Assembly: GCA_000091165.1 (NCBI GenBank)
Contig: FP565575.1
Location: forward strand, 1,770,001-1,802,000
Direction: 5' to 3'
DNA: 32,000 nt
Origin: Candidatus Methylomirabilis oxygeniifera
GTDB taxonomy: Bacteria > Methylomirabilota > Methylomirabilia > Methylomirabilales > Methylomirabilaceae
Below the pieces are notes generated by a model. That model did not search any database. It was not told the origin of the DNA and saw only the letters and a list, made by a program, of their open reading frames with translations. How positions within the stretch are numbered: the first letter of the stretch is position 1; each line of letters starts with the position of its first letter. Positions 10,729 to 19,564 of this stretch are shown here, piece by piece. Made by a program: the position numbers and the translations under genes.

Positions 10729-11744
10729 TACCCTGCCCTCCTGATCTGATACCGCCTCACCATCGCATCGTGCTCCCGCAGCGTATTTGAGAAGACATGC
10801 GTCCCATCATTTTTTGAGACGAAGTACAGATATCGGGAGGAAGCCGGATAGAGGGCAGCCATGACGGAGGCGCGTCCTGGGCTTGCAATCGGACCCGGCG
10901 GCAGGCCCCGGTGAAGATACGTATTGTATGGCGACGGCGCCCGCAGATTCGCTTTCGTAAGCTTGCCGCTAAACCGGGAGAGGCCATAGAGTACGGTAGG
11001 ATCGGATTGAAGCGGCATCCCGAGCCGCAGCCTGTTATGGAAGACCGCTGAGATAAGCGGCCGCTCTTCATCCGCCATCGCTTCCCGTTCGATCAGCGAG
11101 GCAATGGTCACGATATCTGCAACCGACATCTTCAACTCCCTGGCGCGCGCCTGCTCCGCAGAACCGAACATCTCCGTAAATCGATGAGCCATCAGCTCAA
11201 TAATCGCCTCCTCACCCATCCCCTTGACAAGGCGATAGGTATCCGGAAACAGGTACCCTTCAAGCGAGTCACCATCGACGTTGTACTGCCGGAGCAATCG
11301 ACGGTCCTGTAAGAGCGCCAGGAACCGTTCCTGGTCGATCAGCCCCTTTTCGTGAAGGAGTTCGGCGATCTGTCGGGCGGCAAACCCCTCGGGAATCGTC
11401 GTCTGATGGACGAGCCCTTTCCCCTGCTCGATCCGGCGGATCACCTCAAGCAGGCTAAGGCCGGGACCAAACTCATACTCTCCAGCAAGCAGGCGTCGTT
11501 GCGTGCCACGAGCGACAGCGACAGCCAGAAAGGCAGCACGACTGCGAATCACACCAGCCTCTTTCAGTGTCCTTGCGATATCGAAGGCGCCTGTCTGTGG
11601 TCGAATGACAACGGCGCGCGAAGTCTCCTTCGTGGATGGTGTACCGCCCAGAACGTACCACGCGATACCTCCTCCCACCAACAGACAGAGGCACAGCGCG
11701 ATAGCCCGTTGTGACGGCGAAGTCGTGGAGAGTGTCGTGCTCAC
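10728..11744 (-). CDS. mltG: Endolytic murein transglycosylase MltG (YceG family)
   Basis: N-terminal TM helix and YceG-like motifs: IPEGFAARQIAELL, ASLIEREA, VFHNRLRLGMPLQSDPTVLY, YNTYLHRGLPPGPIASPG, LYFVSKNDGTHVFSNTLREH. Confidence 0.9.
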   Translation of the reverse strand: MSTTLSTTSPSQRAIALCLCLLVGGGIAWYVLGGTPSTKETSRAVVIRPQTGAFDIARTLKEAGVIRSRAAFLAVAVARGTQRRLLAGEYEFGPGLSLLEVIRRIEQGKGLVHQTTIPEGFAARQIAELLHEKGLIDQERFLALLQDRRLLRQYNVDGDSLEGYLFPDTYRLVKGMGEEAIIELMAHRFTEMFGSAEQARARELKMSVADIVTIASLIEREAMADEERPLISAVFHNRLRLGMPLQSDPTVLYGLSRFSGKLTKANLRAPSPYNTYLHRGLPPGPIASPGRASVMAALYPASSRYLYFVSKNDGTHVFSNTLREHDAMVRRYQIRRAG

Positions 11745-12175
11745 AAGGAGTGCTCCTGCTGACGATGGCGCCGATCGAGGAAGCCCTGCAGGATCAGGAC
11801 GGCGGCCATCTGATCGACGCGCCGTTTCCGCTTGGCCCGCGACAGATCGGCCTCAATCAGCAGGCGTTCTGCCGCCAGACTGGTCAGTCGCTCGTCCCAC
11901 ATCGTCACCTTGACCGACCCGCCCTCTTCCAGTTGTCCGGCAAACGCCAAGGCCCGCTCCGCCGAGGGTCCGAGTGTACCGTTCATATTTTTCGGTAGGC
12001 CCACAACGACATCGAGTATACCGTACTGATCCATGATCTCTCGAATGGCACGAACGGCCGCCTCGTCTGTAGACGGCTCGAGCGTGGGCAGAGGTTGAGC
12101 GGTGAGCCCCAACTCGTCGCTTATCGCTACCCCGATCCGCTTCGTCCCGAAATCGATCCCCAGGTATCGCTGCAC
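11741..12175 (-). CDS. ruvX: Holliday-junction resolvase-like nuclease RuvX (YqgF)
   Basis: YLGIDFGTKRIGVAISD at the N-terminus, and DERLTS later. The longest ORF begins at TTG 12214. GTG at 12175, with GGGGAG upstream, gives the canonical short N-terminus. There is a 4-nt overlap with mltG. Confidence 0.88.
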   Translation of the reverse strand: MQRYLGIDFGTKRIGVAISDELGLTAQPLPTLEPSTDEAAVRAIREIMDQYGILDVVVGLPKNMNGTLGPSAERALAFAGQLEEGGSVKVTMWDERLTSLAAERLLIEADLSRAKRKRRVDQMAAVLILQGFLDRRHRQQEHSL

Positions 12176-12222
12176 TGTTTGTTGACTCTCCCCTTGACCT
12201 CTCAGAAAAACCAATCACAATA

Positions 12223-12915
12223 GTGAACATGCCACAGACAGCAACCGGACGTCGGCTCCTCTCCCTCTATCGAAATCTGTTCCGATATTTTGGACCACAA
12301 CGCTGGTGGCCGGCCCGTTCCCGGTTTGAGGTCATCGTCGGCGCCATTCTGACCCAGAATACCGCCTGGATCAATGTTGAGAAGGCGATCACGGCGTTGC
12401 GGACCGCCCGTCTGCTCAACCCCCGTGGCATCGATAGCGTGCCGCAGGAGCATCTCGCCACGCTCATCCGGCCGTCGGGTTATTATAACATGAAGACTGA
12501 ACGCCTGAAACACGTCACGCGTTTCCTGCTGACGCGCTACGGCGGGAGTGTCAGGCGGATGGGTCGGACGGGGTTATCCGAATTGCGTGAGGAGTTGCTG
12601 GGGATTTCAGGGGTCGGCGAGGAGACAGCCGACTCGATCCTGCTATACGCGGGCGACCGGCCGATCTTCGTCGTGGACGCCTACACTCGACGGGTACTGG
12701 AACGGCATGGGCTGATTGCGAAGAACACTCGGTATGGTGAGATCCAGCGCCTCTTCATGACCCACCTGCCGACCGACGCGACACTCTTCAATGAATATCA
12801 CGCCCTGCTGGTAGCCGTCGGCAAGACCTACTGCCGGAGAACACCGAACTGCGACAAATGTCCCCTCCGTTACGACTTACCGGAAGGATCACCCCTTCTG
12901 CCGCGCCCAGAGTAG
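12223..12915 (+). CDS. Endonuclease III-related HhH-GPD base-excision DNA glycosylase-like protein
   Basis: EVIVGAILTQNTAW, the helix-hairpin-helix LLGISGVGEETADSILLY, the catalytic-Asp region FVVDAYTRRVL, and a C-terminal Cys cluster CRRTPNCDKCPL. Confidence 0.8.
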   Translation: MNMPQTATGRRLLSLYRNLFRYFGPQRWWPARSRFEVIVGAILTQNTAWINVEKAITALRTARLLNPRGIDSVPQEHLATLIRPSGYYNMKTERLKHVTRFLLTRYGGSVRRMGRTGLSELREELLGISGVGEETADSILLYAGDRPIFVVDAYTRRVLERHGLIAKNTRYGEIQRLFMTHLPTDATLFNEYHALLVAVGKTYCRRTPNCDKCPLRYDLPEGSPLLPRPE

Positions 12916-14745
12916 GTTATACCCCTCCACGAAGGCGTTGACTGAGGCGACGATGATGTCGGGGGAAGTCCCGATGGCGACGATTCGGTTGCCTTCAGCG
13001 TCCTTCATGACCATGGTGGTCTCGACCGAGGCATTGGTCCCGGGTGAGCTGATTTCTACATTGTAGTCAATCAGCTCGAAGAAGAGCTTCCCGCGGGTCA
13101 AGGCGGCCTGTTTCAGGGCGTTGATGACCGCATCCACCGGCCCGACACCTGCAGCGGTCGCTTCCACTTTCTCCCCGTCGAACAGGACCCAGACGGCCGC
13201 TTCCGCCTGACCATGGAGCGACGTCAATACCTTAAAGTCCTCTACGGTGAGGATCGGTTCGTGAACCGATAGACCCTTGAGGACATTCTCAACAATATAC
13301 TGAAGGTCGGCCTTCATGATCGGCTTCCCCTTCTTCACAAACTCCTCGATCAATGATCGTACCTTACCGCCGTATTCGGCGGTCAGCTTGACGCCGAACT
13401 CCTGTCGTACCCGCGCGGTCACGTCGGTCACTGAGGGGACTGCCTCAAACAGGTTCTTATCGCCGTTCTTGGCGCCTGCGGCCCTGATCTCATACAGGCG
13501 CAGCTTCAGGAACTTCTCGACCTCCTGCATTGACGGATCGATGGTAGCGGGCGACGGGAGGACTCGTAGCGCCGCCCTGGGATCCTTGAGCCCGTTCCCT
13601 GTGGCGAGGCAGACCACCGTCTCATCCGCCCTCACACGCCCGCTGGTCAGCAGCAGCGCGAGCGCCCCGACGGGAATCGCCCCGGACGGCTCCACGAAGA
13701 TCGACTCCTGGCGCGCGATCCGCTGCTGCGCCTGCAAGATCTCGGTATCACTGAGCGATAGCGCGCATCCGCCAGATTCTCGCAACGCCGCCAGTGCCTT
13801 CAGCCCATCCAACGGATCGCCTGCCATCAGTGCTGAGGCGACCGATTCCGGTTTCTTTACAGGAATAATCTCGTCGGTGCCCTGGTTAAACGCAGCCACG
13901 ATCGGCGGACAACCGATCGGCTGGACACCGATCATCCGCGGCAAAGACGAGATCAACCCCAGCTCATAAAACTCTTTGAACCCCTTCCAGAGAGCGGCGA
14001 TGTTGGTCCCGCAGCCCATGGGAACAATAACGACGGCCGGGGCCTGCCAGTCTAACTGCTCCACAATCTCGAACGCCTGTGACTTCTGGCCTTCGACGCG
14101 AAAGGCGTAATCGCCGGCCAGATAATACCCATATCGTCGGCTCATCTGCTCGGCAATGGAGGCCGCATCGTTATACGTCCCTCGGATCTGCAGGACCCTG
14201 GCGCCATAGGAAAGAGACTGGGCCATTTTTCCGATTGGGGTTCCCTCCGGAACCGCCACATAGCATGGCAAATTCGCGATCGAGGCATAGGCGGCGACGG
14301 AACCGGCCATATTGCCGGTAGAGGCCACGCAGATCGCCTTGGCGCCTTGTTCTTTAGCCTTGGTGATTTCGACCAGCGTCCCTCGATCCTTGAACACGCC
14401 GGTCGGATTCATCCCCTCATTTTTGATATAGAGCTGCTTGATCCCCAACTCCTCCGCTAACCGATGGCACCGGTACAGCGGTGTTCCGCCCTCATCAAGC
14501 GAGACCACAAGATCGAGATTGAGGATAGGGTAGAAATCGAGATATTTGAGCGCTTTGATCGGAGAGGTCTTCAGTGAGTATCGATTGAGGCGAGCCCGGA
14601 TATAGCTATAGTCATAACGAACGCCAAGCGGCTTGCCGCAACTGACGCAACGCGAACTGCTCTCCTGCTCGGTGCAGGTCGTGCCGCACACAATGCAGTA
14701 GAGCTCATAAAACCTGGCTTCCCTACGCCGTCCCCTTGCAGCCAT
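12889..14745 (-). CDS. thrC: Threonine synthase-type PLP enzyme with an N-terminal zinc ribbon, fused to a C-terminal LeuA/CimA-type allosteric (LeuA_dimer) domain
   Basis: Zn ribbon CIVCG...CVSCG; PLP-lysine motif NPTGVFKDRG; glycine-rich loop ASTGNMAGS. The C-terminal 170 aa or so read GVGPVDAVINAL...LIDYNVEISSPGTNASVETTMVM...GTSPDIIVASVNAFVEGYNLL, as in the regulatory domain of isopropylmalate/citramalate synthases. Confidence 0.8.
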   Translation of the reverse strand: MAARGRRREARFYELYCIVCGTTCTEQESSSRCVSCGKPLGVRYDYSYIRARLNRYSLKTSPIKALKYLDFYPILNLDLVVSLDEGGTPLYRCHRLAEELGIKQLYIKNEGMNPTGVFKDRGTLVEITKAKEQGAKAICVASTGNMAGSVAAYASIANLPCYVAVPEGTPIGKMAQSLSYGARVLQIRGTYNDAASIAEQMSRRYGYYLAGDYAFRVEGQKSQAFEIVEQLDWQAPAVVIVPMGCGTNIAALWKGFKEFYELGLISSLPRMIGVQPIGCPPIVAAFNQGTDEIIPVKKPESVASALMAGDPLDGLKALAALRESGGCALSLSDTEILQAQQRIARQESIFVEPSGAIPVGALALLLTSGRVRADETVVCLATGNGLKDPRAALRVLPSPATIDPSMQEVEKFLKLRLYEIRAAGAKNGDKNLFEAVPSVTDVTARVRQEFGVKLTAEYGGKVRSLIEEFVKKGKPIMKADLQYIVENVLKGLSVHEPILTVEDFKVLTSLHGQAEAAVWVLFDGEKVEATAAGVGPVDAVINALKQAALTRGKLFFELIDYNVEISSPGTNASVETTMVMKDAEGNRIVAIGTSPDIIVASVNAFVEGYNLLWARQKG

Positions 14746-14773
14746 CGATCCTCCTCACGTATTTACTCTATGG

Positions 14774-14798
14774 AAAACCCGCTCAATCTAGCGGGGTT
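14774..14798 (-). terminator. Putative rho-independent terminator after the rhomboid-zincin pair
   Basis: The minus strand reads AACCCCGC-tagattga-GCGGGTT followed by TTTTCC, about 45 nt downstream of the stop at 14843. Confidence 0.45.
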
Positions 14799-14842
14799 CA
14801 CGGCAAGGTGTCAAGAATTTTTAAGGAACGGACACGGTGGCA

Positions 14843-15232
14843 TTACTCATACCCGGCCTGCTCCAACTCATCTTCAGAGAGGCCGAAATGATGACCGATC
14901 TCGTGTAGCAGGGTCGTACGGATCTGCGTCTGGATCTCTTCCTTGGTCCGGCAGCCCTCTTCAATCGATCGCTGGTACAGTGTAATCTTATCAGGGAGAA
15001 CCATCCCGTACGAGCTGCTCCGCTTTGTAAGCGGGATGCCGGTGTACAGGCCAAAGAGGGTGTCCCTGGGATCGATCTCGGCCATGGCTAACTCCTCGGA
15101 GGAAGGGCGAGCTTTGATCACAATATCAACATTCGAGAGCCGTTCCATCACTCGTGACGGAAGCGACGCAACCGCCTGGGCAACCAACTGACGGAACTCC
15201 TCGCGGCTCAGGGCCACAGTCCGCTTCGCCAT
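14843..15232 (-). CDS. Zincin-like metallopeptidase family protein (DUF1025/Zincin_1 type)
   Basis: HExxH motif in LLHEIGHHFGLSEDE near the C-terminus. ATG at 15232 lies 2 nt after the rhomboid stop (15235-15237), which favours this start over the track start at 15256. Confidence 0.75.
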   Translation of the reverse strand: MAKRTVALSREEFRQLVAQAVASLPSRVMERLSNVDIVIKARPSSEELAMAEIDPRDTLFGLYTGIPLTKRSSSYGMVLPDKITLYQRSIEEGCRTKEEIQTQIRTTLLHEIGHHFGLSEDELEQAGYE

Positions 15233-15234
15233 GT

Positions 15235-15930
15235 TCACGAGAGCTGATCCCCCCAATGAAGCCGCTTGCGTCGACCGGCGAACGGTATGACCATCACGAG
15301 CCCTGCCACGAACCCTCCGACATGAGCAAGCCAGGCGACGCCCCCTACCTGCACGCCCAGTGTCATGACCCCGTTCAGAACCTGGACGAGGATCCAGAAC
15401 CCCAAGACAACCAACGCCGGGATCTCCGCAACTCGCGAGAAAAAGCCGAGCGGAATCAGGGTCAGGACGCGGGCACGCGGAAAGAGGAACAGGTAGGCGC
15501 CCAGCACGCCGGAGATCGCCCCACTGGCGCCGACCATCGGGATCTTTGAAGCGGGATCAGCCCAGATTTGGGCGGCAGCAGCGCCCACCCCGGAAAGCAG
15601 ATAAAAAATCAGAAATTTCGGCCGCCCCATCCGGTCTTCTACGTTATCGCCGAAGATCCACAGATAGAGCATGTTGCCGCCAAGATGGAACAGACCACCA
15701 TGTACGAACATCGAGGTAAAGAGGGTGGCATACAGCGGGACAGGATGCGGAATGAACGGATCACCGCTGCTGATCTCCAACGGGATGAGACCATAGAGGC
15801 GGATAAACTCCACCACCTCCTGCGGCGGAAGCATCATCTGGATGCCGTAGACGAGGACATTGACGGCGATCAGCCCGATCGTCAGGACAGGGGCGCGGCT
15901 GGAGGGGATGTTATCCCTGAGTGGGATCAT
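15235..15930 (-). CDS. Rhomboid-family intramembrane serine protease
   Basis: Multi-TM protein with HGGLFHLGGNMLYLW, the catalytic GxSG in GASGAISGVLGAY, and the catalytic-His helix AHVGGFVAG. Confidence 0.9.
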   Translation of the reverse strand: MIPLRDNIPSSRAPVLTIGLIAVNVLVYGIQMMLPPQEVVEFIRLYGLIPLEISSGDPFIPHPVPLYATLFTSMFVHGGLFHLGGNMLYLWIFGDNVEDRMGRPKFLIFYLLSGVGAAAAQIWADPASKIPMVGASGAISGVLGAYLFLFPRARVLTLIPLGFFSRVAEIPALVVLGFWILVQVLNGVMTLGVQVGGVAWLAHVGGFVAGLVMVIPFAGRRKRLHWGDQLS

Positions 15931-15973
15931 ACATGCTCACACAAGCAATCAGCCCTCAGCAATCAGCTTTCAG

Positions 15974-16717
15974 CTATTGCTCAGCGCCTCCCTTTCCCGT
16001 CAACGGCACGAACAGCACAGGCGCAATCGAACGGACCTGCAATTTCCCACCGCGCTTCTCCCCGAGGATCAGGTCCTGCGTTCCCCTCGCAACCCCCACC
16101 GGAATCGCTATTCGCCCTCCCTCGCGCAACTGCTCGATCAACGGGAGGGGAATCTCCGGAGCGCCGGCCGCAACCACGATCCCGTCAAAGGGGGCAACCT
16201 CCGGCCATCCCTCGTATCCATCTCCCTGTCGGACATACACATTCCGGTATCCGAGAGCCTCCAGACGGGCGCCGGCACGCTCTGCAAGCGACGGGATAAT
16301 TTCGACGGTATAGACCTCGGCCGCCAACTCGGCCAGGATCGCAGCTTGATAGCCTGAACCGGTTCCAACCTCAAGAACCAGATGCCTCGGTTGCACCCGG
16401 AGGAGCTGGACCATGAGCGCAACAATGTACGGCTGCGAAATGGTCTGTCCTGCCCCAATAGAGAGAGGGCGGTCTTCGTAGGCACACTGCTCCAGGGCCG
16501 GCTCTACGAACAGGTGGCGGGCAACCTTCCCCATCGCCGCAATGACCCGTTCATCGACGATGTCGCGAGTCCTGAGCTGCTGCTCCACCATCCGCCATCG
16601 CGCCGCTTCTGCGCCCGCTTCATACCGGTCCGCCACGCTTCCTCCTGGAACGATCAGATTGAAGGGCCACGCGAGGGCACAGCGGCGCAAGAGCGAGGCG
16701 AACATGGAATCTTTCAC
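15974..16717 (-). CDS. pcm: Protein-L-isoaspartate O-methyltransferase
   Basis: Read: GQTISQPYIVALM, SAM motif I VLEVGTGSGYQAAILA, and APFDGIVVAAGAPEIP. The start is either GTG 16717 or ATG 16705. Confidence 0.9.
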   Translation of the reverse strand: MKDSMFASLLRRCALAWPFNLIVPGGSVADRYEAGAEAARWRMVEQQLRTRDIVDERVIAAMGKVARHLFVEPALEQCAYEDRPLSIGAGQTISQPYIVALMVQLLRVQPRHLVLEVGTGSGYQAAILAELAAEVYTVEIIPSLAERAGARLEALGYRNVYVRQGDGYEGWPEVAPFDGIVVAAGAPEIPLPLIEQLREGGRIAIPVGVARGTQDLILGEKRGGKLQVRSIAPVLFVPLTGKGGAEQ

Positions 16718-16765
16718 GGCGTCTCACGATGCAACTGCTGCGTCACGGGGCATACGCCCTGCCGG

Positions 16766-16805
16766 ATAAAAAATAACAGCCCCGATCTCCAGGGAAAGAT
16801 CAGGG
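16766..16805 (-). terminator. Putative rho-independent terminator downstream of the sigma-factor gene
   Basis: The minus strand reads CCCTGATCT-ttccctgg-AGATCGGGG (9-bp stem with one G-U pair), followed by CTGTTATTTTTTAT. Confidence 0.5.
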
Positions 16806-16889
16806 CCTATCGATTCAATGACCATACATTTCAACCGGGCGGTTCCGCCCCCTTCGCAACGCCGAACAGCACCTCAGATCACGAGAGAG

Positions 16890-17750
16890 TTAATTCAGAT
16901 AATCTTTCAGATGCCTGGATTTGGCCCACACGCATAATTTCTGCTTGGCGCGCTCCTCAATCTGTCGGACCCGTTCCCGCGAAAGCTTGAGTCGCTTGCC
17001 GACCTCTTTCAAGGTCATCGCTTCTTCCTTCCCCAACCCGAAGCGCAATTCCACGATGAGGCGCTCTCTGTCGTTGAGACTGCGAAGCATCCGCTCCACC
17101 TCTTCGCGGAGCGACCTCCGGATCAGTTCATAGTCGGCAGGAGGGAGCTGCTTCGACTCATATAACTCCATTCCAATTCGTTGTTCAAGGCCGATTTCAT
17201 CGCTGAGAAAGGCCAACTGACCTGCCCGGTGCAACGCCCCCTCCAGATCGCTCGCGCTCAGATCCAGTTCCTCCGTCACCTCTGAATCGGTCGGCTCCGC
17301 CTGCAACTGCTGAGAGAGATCCGCGCGGACGTCGTCAAGTTGCGAGGCGAGGCGAGCCTTCCGGAGCGGCAGCCTCACCGCCCCTCCGCTGATGGCCAGA
17401 GCCTGCATGATCGCCTGTCGGATCCACCAGACGGCATAGGTGATAAACTTGACATTATAGTCCGGAGAGTAGCGGCGCGCGGCTTCAAGCAGGCCGATGT
17501 TGCCTTCATTGATCAGGTCCGGCAGCGACAGACCGCACCCTCTATAGCGGAGGGCTACCTTGACCACGAAACGGAGGTTGGCCTCGACCAGTTGCTTCAA
17601 GGCCTTCTCATCTCCCCGTTGGGTCGCCTTCCCCAGTTTCAGCTCCTCCTCCTTCTTGAGAAGAGGAACCTGAGCGATCCGCTTCAGATACGCACCAAGG
17701 GCGTCGTCGGAGACCCGGTTGTAAAAGTCTGCAAATGACCCTTTCGCCAC
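16890..17750 (-). CDS. RNA polymerase sigma factor, sigma-70 family (short RpoD/RpoS/RpoH-like form with regions 2-4)
   Basis: Region 2: LVEANLRFVVKVA, DLINEGNIGLLEAARRYSP, FITYAVWWIRQAI. Region 4.2 HTH: MTLKEVGKRLKLSRERVRQIEERA. I cannot assign the subgroup without a search. Confidence 0.88.
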   Translation of the reverse strand: MAKGSFADFYNRVSDDALGAYLKRIAQVPLLKKEEELKLGKATQRGDEKALKQLVEANLRFVVKVALRYRGCGLSLPDLINEGNIGLLEAARRYSPDYNVKFITYAVWWIRQAIMQALAISGGAVRLPLRKARLASQLDDVRADLSQQLQAEPTDSEVTEELDLSASDLEGALHRAGQLAFLSDEIGLEQRIGMELYESKQLPPADYELIRRSLREEVERMLRSLNDRERLIVELRFGLGKEEAMTLKEVGKRLKLSRERVRQIEERAKQKLCVWAKSRHLKDYLN

Positions 17751-17832
17751 TCTATTTCACTCGTATGTGAAGCCGGCAGCTATGTGTAGTATGAATACAT
17801 TACGCGATGACGCTTCAGATTAACACAGTGTT

Positions 17833-18663
17833 TTACGGGTTGTCAAAGTTGCGACGCTTCGGCCTGCCGACCACAACCTCACATCCGCGGCCTATGCCGA
17901 GGAGCCGTGACGCATCTCCCTGATTTACGAAGATCTCCAGATACTCTGCGCTTCCAATGATCGCGCCGGAAGCGGCGGGGGCGACTTGGCCGTAACAGGC
18001 AACCACCGGAATCTCCAAGCCGGCAACGGATACCACGTATGCTGCAGGGGAATCCACGGTCTCCAACCGCTCCAGGTCAAGCCGGGCAATGTTCGTCATC
18101 AGATTGCCGAACCGATCGATGTAGAGGATTTCCCCTCTGATCGATGAGATCCCGGACTGTACCGGGCGCGGGATCACCAGACGGACGTAGTCATCAATGA
18201 GCTCTCCGCACTCATCAGGTTGAGCCCCAAGCGACAGATGGCCCGCTATGGGGGCAAAAATATCGCGTCCGTGAAAGGTGGCGCTGACCGGCTGGAGGAA
18301 ATATCCGGTCGCAGTAATGACCCTGACCGTCGACCCGGCCTTCGCTGCCAGCAGGGCCAGCAGTCCGTTGTCCGGGCCGATGAACAGATGGTCGTCACAC
18401 GTGACCAGGATCGGCCGACGAGGCCCGCCGACCCCCGGATCAACCACTGCGATATGGATCGTGCCGGCGGGGAAGTAGCGGTACGACGTGATAAGCAGCA
18501 ATGCCGCTTCGGCAACGTCATATGCCTTACCGCTATGACACAGATCGACAAGCGCCACATGGGGATTAATCCCAAGGATCACCCCTTTCATGATGCCGAC
18601 GAACGGGTCACTCAATCCGAAATCGGTCAGCAACGTGACAACCCGGCGTGCGGCCTCTCTCAT
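17833..18663 (-). CDS. SAM hydrolase / SAM-dependent halogenase family protein (DUF62, S-adenosyl-L-methionine hydroxide adenosyltransferase-like)
   Basis: N-terminal signature VTLLTDFGLSDPFVGIMKGVI, then VDPGVG, GPDNGLL, FHGRDIFAP and IDRFGN. Confidence 0.85.
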   Translation of the reverse strand: MREAARRVVTLLTDFGLSDPFVGIMKGVILGINPHVALVDLCHSGKAYDVAEAALLLITSYRYFPAGTIHIAVVDPGVGGPRRPILVTCDDHLFIGPDNGLLALLAAKAGSTVRVITATGYFLQPVSATFHGRDIFAPIAGHLSLGAQPDECGELIDDYVRLVIPRPVQSGISSIRGEILYIDRFGNLMTNIARLDLERLETVDSPAAYVVSVAGLEIPVVACYGQVAPAASGAIIGSAEYLEIFVNQGDASRLLGIGRGCEVVVGRPKRRNFDNP

Positions 18664-18670
18664 CCCATCC

Positions 18671-19072
18671 TCAGACTTTCATCAAAAGGCCGGTAGCCTC
18701 TGCAACGATTGTCCCGTCCTCCTGCTCGGCCCACGCCTTCGTCGTGACGGTCCTGGTATCCTGCTTGATGATCTGCCCGTAAAAGATCAATCGCGCTCCG
18801 ATGGCAGCCGGGCGCCTGAGCCTCATCTCGAGTTTGGTGGTCACAGCGTGGATGTTCCGCAAATAGGCGCCGTTGACCATCACCTCGTCAAGAATGGTCG
18901 CGATAATCCCCCCATGCAAGATATCTTTCCAGCCTTGAAACCGCTTTGGCGGGGTAAACTCAGTCCTGATCCGATCATCGCCGATCATCTCGAAATGCAG
19001 ATGCAGGCCGTCTGCGTTCTGCTTGCCGCAGACAAAGCACATCTGATCGTCTTCGTAGTCCATGAATCCCAT
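18671..19072 (-). CDS. PaaI-family hotdog-fold thioesterase
   Basis: CFVCG zinc-ribbon-like N-terminus and LHGGIIATILDEVM. The track start at 19147 abuts tRNA-Leu. Internal ATGs at about 19072 or 19063 (MGFMDYEDD...) are more plausible. Confidence 0.8.
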   Translation of the reverse strand: MGFMDYEDDQMCFVCGKQNADGLHLHFEMIGDDRIRTEFTPPKRFQGWKDILHGGIIATILDEVMVNGAYLRNIHAVTTKLEMRLRRPAAIGARLIFYGQIIKQDTRTVTTKAWAEQEDGTIVAEATGLLMKV

Positions 19073-19147
19073 CCCGCGCTTTTTCCGTTGACTTTTTAGG
19101 GTTGACCCTTTACAAGTAATGAACGTAAGCCGCTTGCTGCAAGTCAT

Positions 19148-19234
19148 GCCGAAGTGGCGGAATTGGTAGACGCGCTGCGTTCAGGGCGCAGTGGGCGTAC
19201 GCTCATCGGGGTTCGAGTCCCCGCTTCGGCACCA
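19148..19234 (+). tRNA. tRNA-Leu (anticodon CAG), CCA encoded
   Basis: GCCGAAGTGGCGGAATTGGTAGACGCGCTGCGTTCAGGGCGCAGTGGGCGTACGCTCATCGGGGTTCGAGTCCCCGCTTCGGCACCA. It folds with a 7-bp acceptor stem, a CTGCG/CGCAG anticodon stem, a TTCAGGG loop, a long variable arm and a GTTCGAGTC T-loop. Confidence 0.95.
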
Positions 19235-19254
19235 CACAAATCCAAGAAGTCACG

Positions 19255-19278
19255 GGCCTCAGGCGTCTGAGGCCTTTT
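19255..19278 (+). terminator. Rho-independent terminator after tRNA-Leu
   Basis: GGCCTCAG-gcgt-CTGAGGCC followed by TTTT. Confidence 0.6.
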
Positions 19279-19324
19279 ATGTTTCAGGCAGATGATCTCT
19301 GACAGCGATGACCGCCTCTTTGTT

Positions 19325-19564
19325 TTATGGTAGGGGGGTTTCGCAGAGCTGTTTGAGGTCCTCAAAATAACGCCGATGTGTCCGACGTAACGCTTCTTCG
19401 CTGGCTGCTTCCAGCAGGACTACTTCGTGGTCCACTCCTGCGCGATTGAGGTTCAACTCGATCTCAAGCCGTGAGTCCTCAGCATTCCGCCGCTCCGAGT
19501 CCTCGAAGGCTCTAAAGTTGACAATGCGGCCCTCGCCACGGTTGTACTCAATTAAGAATATCAT
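19325..19564 (-). CDS. Small acidic/basic protein coupled to the RelA/SpoT-domain gene; candidate cognate antitoxin or regulator
   Basis: 79-aa ORF whose ATG overlaps the upstream stop (ATGA at 19564-19561). Sequence: MIFLIEYNRGEGRIVNFRAFEDSERRNAE...VVLLEAASEEALRRTHRRYF. The function is inferred from gene context only. Confidence 0.5.
   Translation of the reverse strand: MIFLIEYNRGEGRIVNFRAFEDSERRNAEDSRLEIELNLNRAGVDHEVVLLEAASEEALRRTHRRYFEDLKQLCETPLP

Noticed and set aside
15568-16357. Plus-strand ORFs of 130-243 aa across the rhomboid and pcm genes
   Set aside because: They lie antisense to two genes with unambiguous catalytic motifs. They are proline/arginine-rich and lack motifs.
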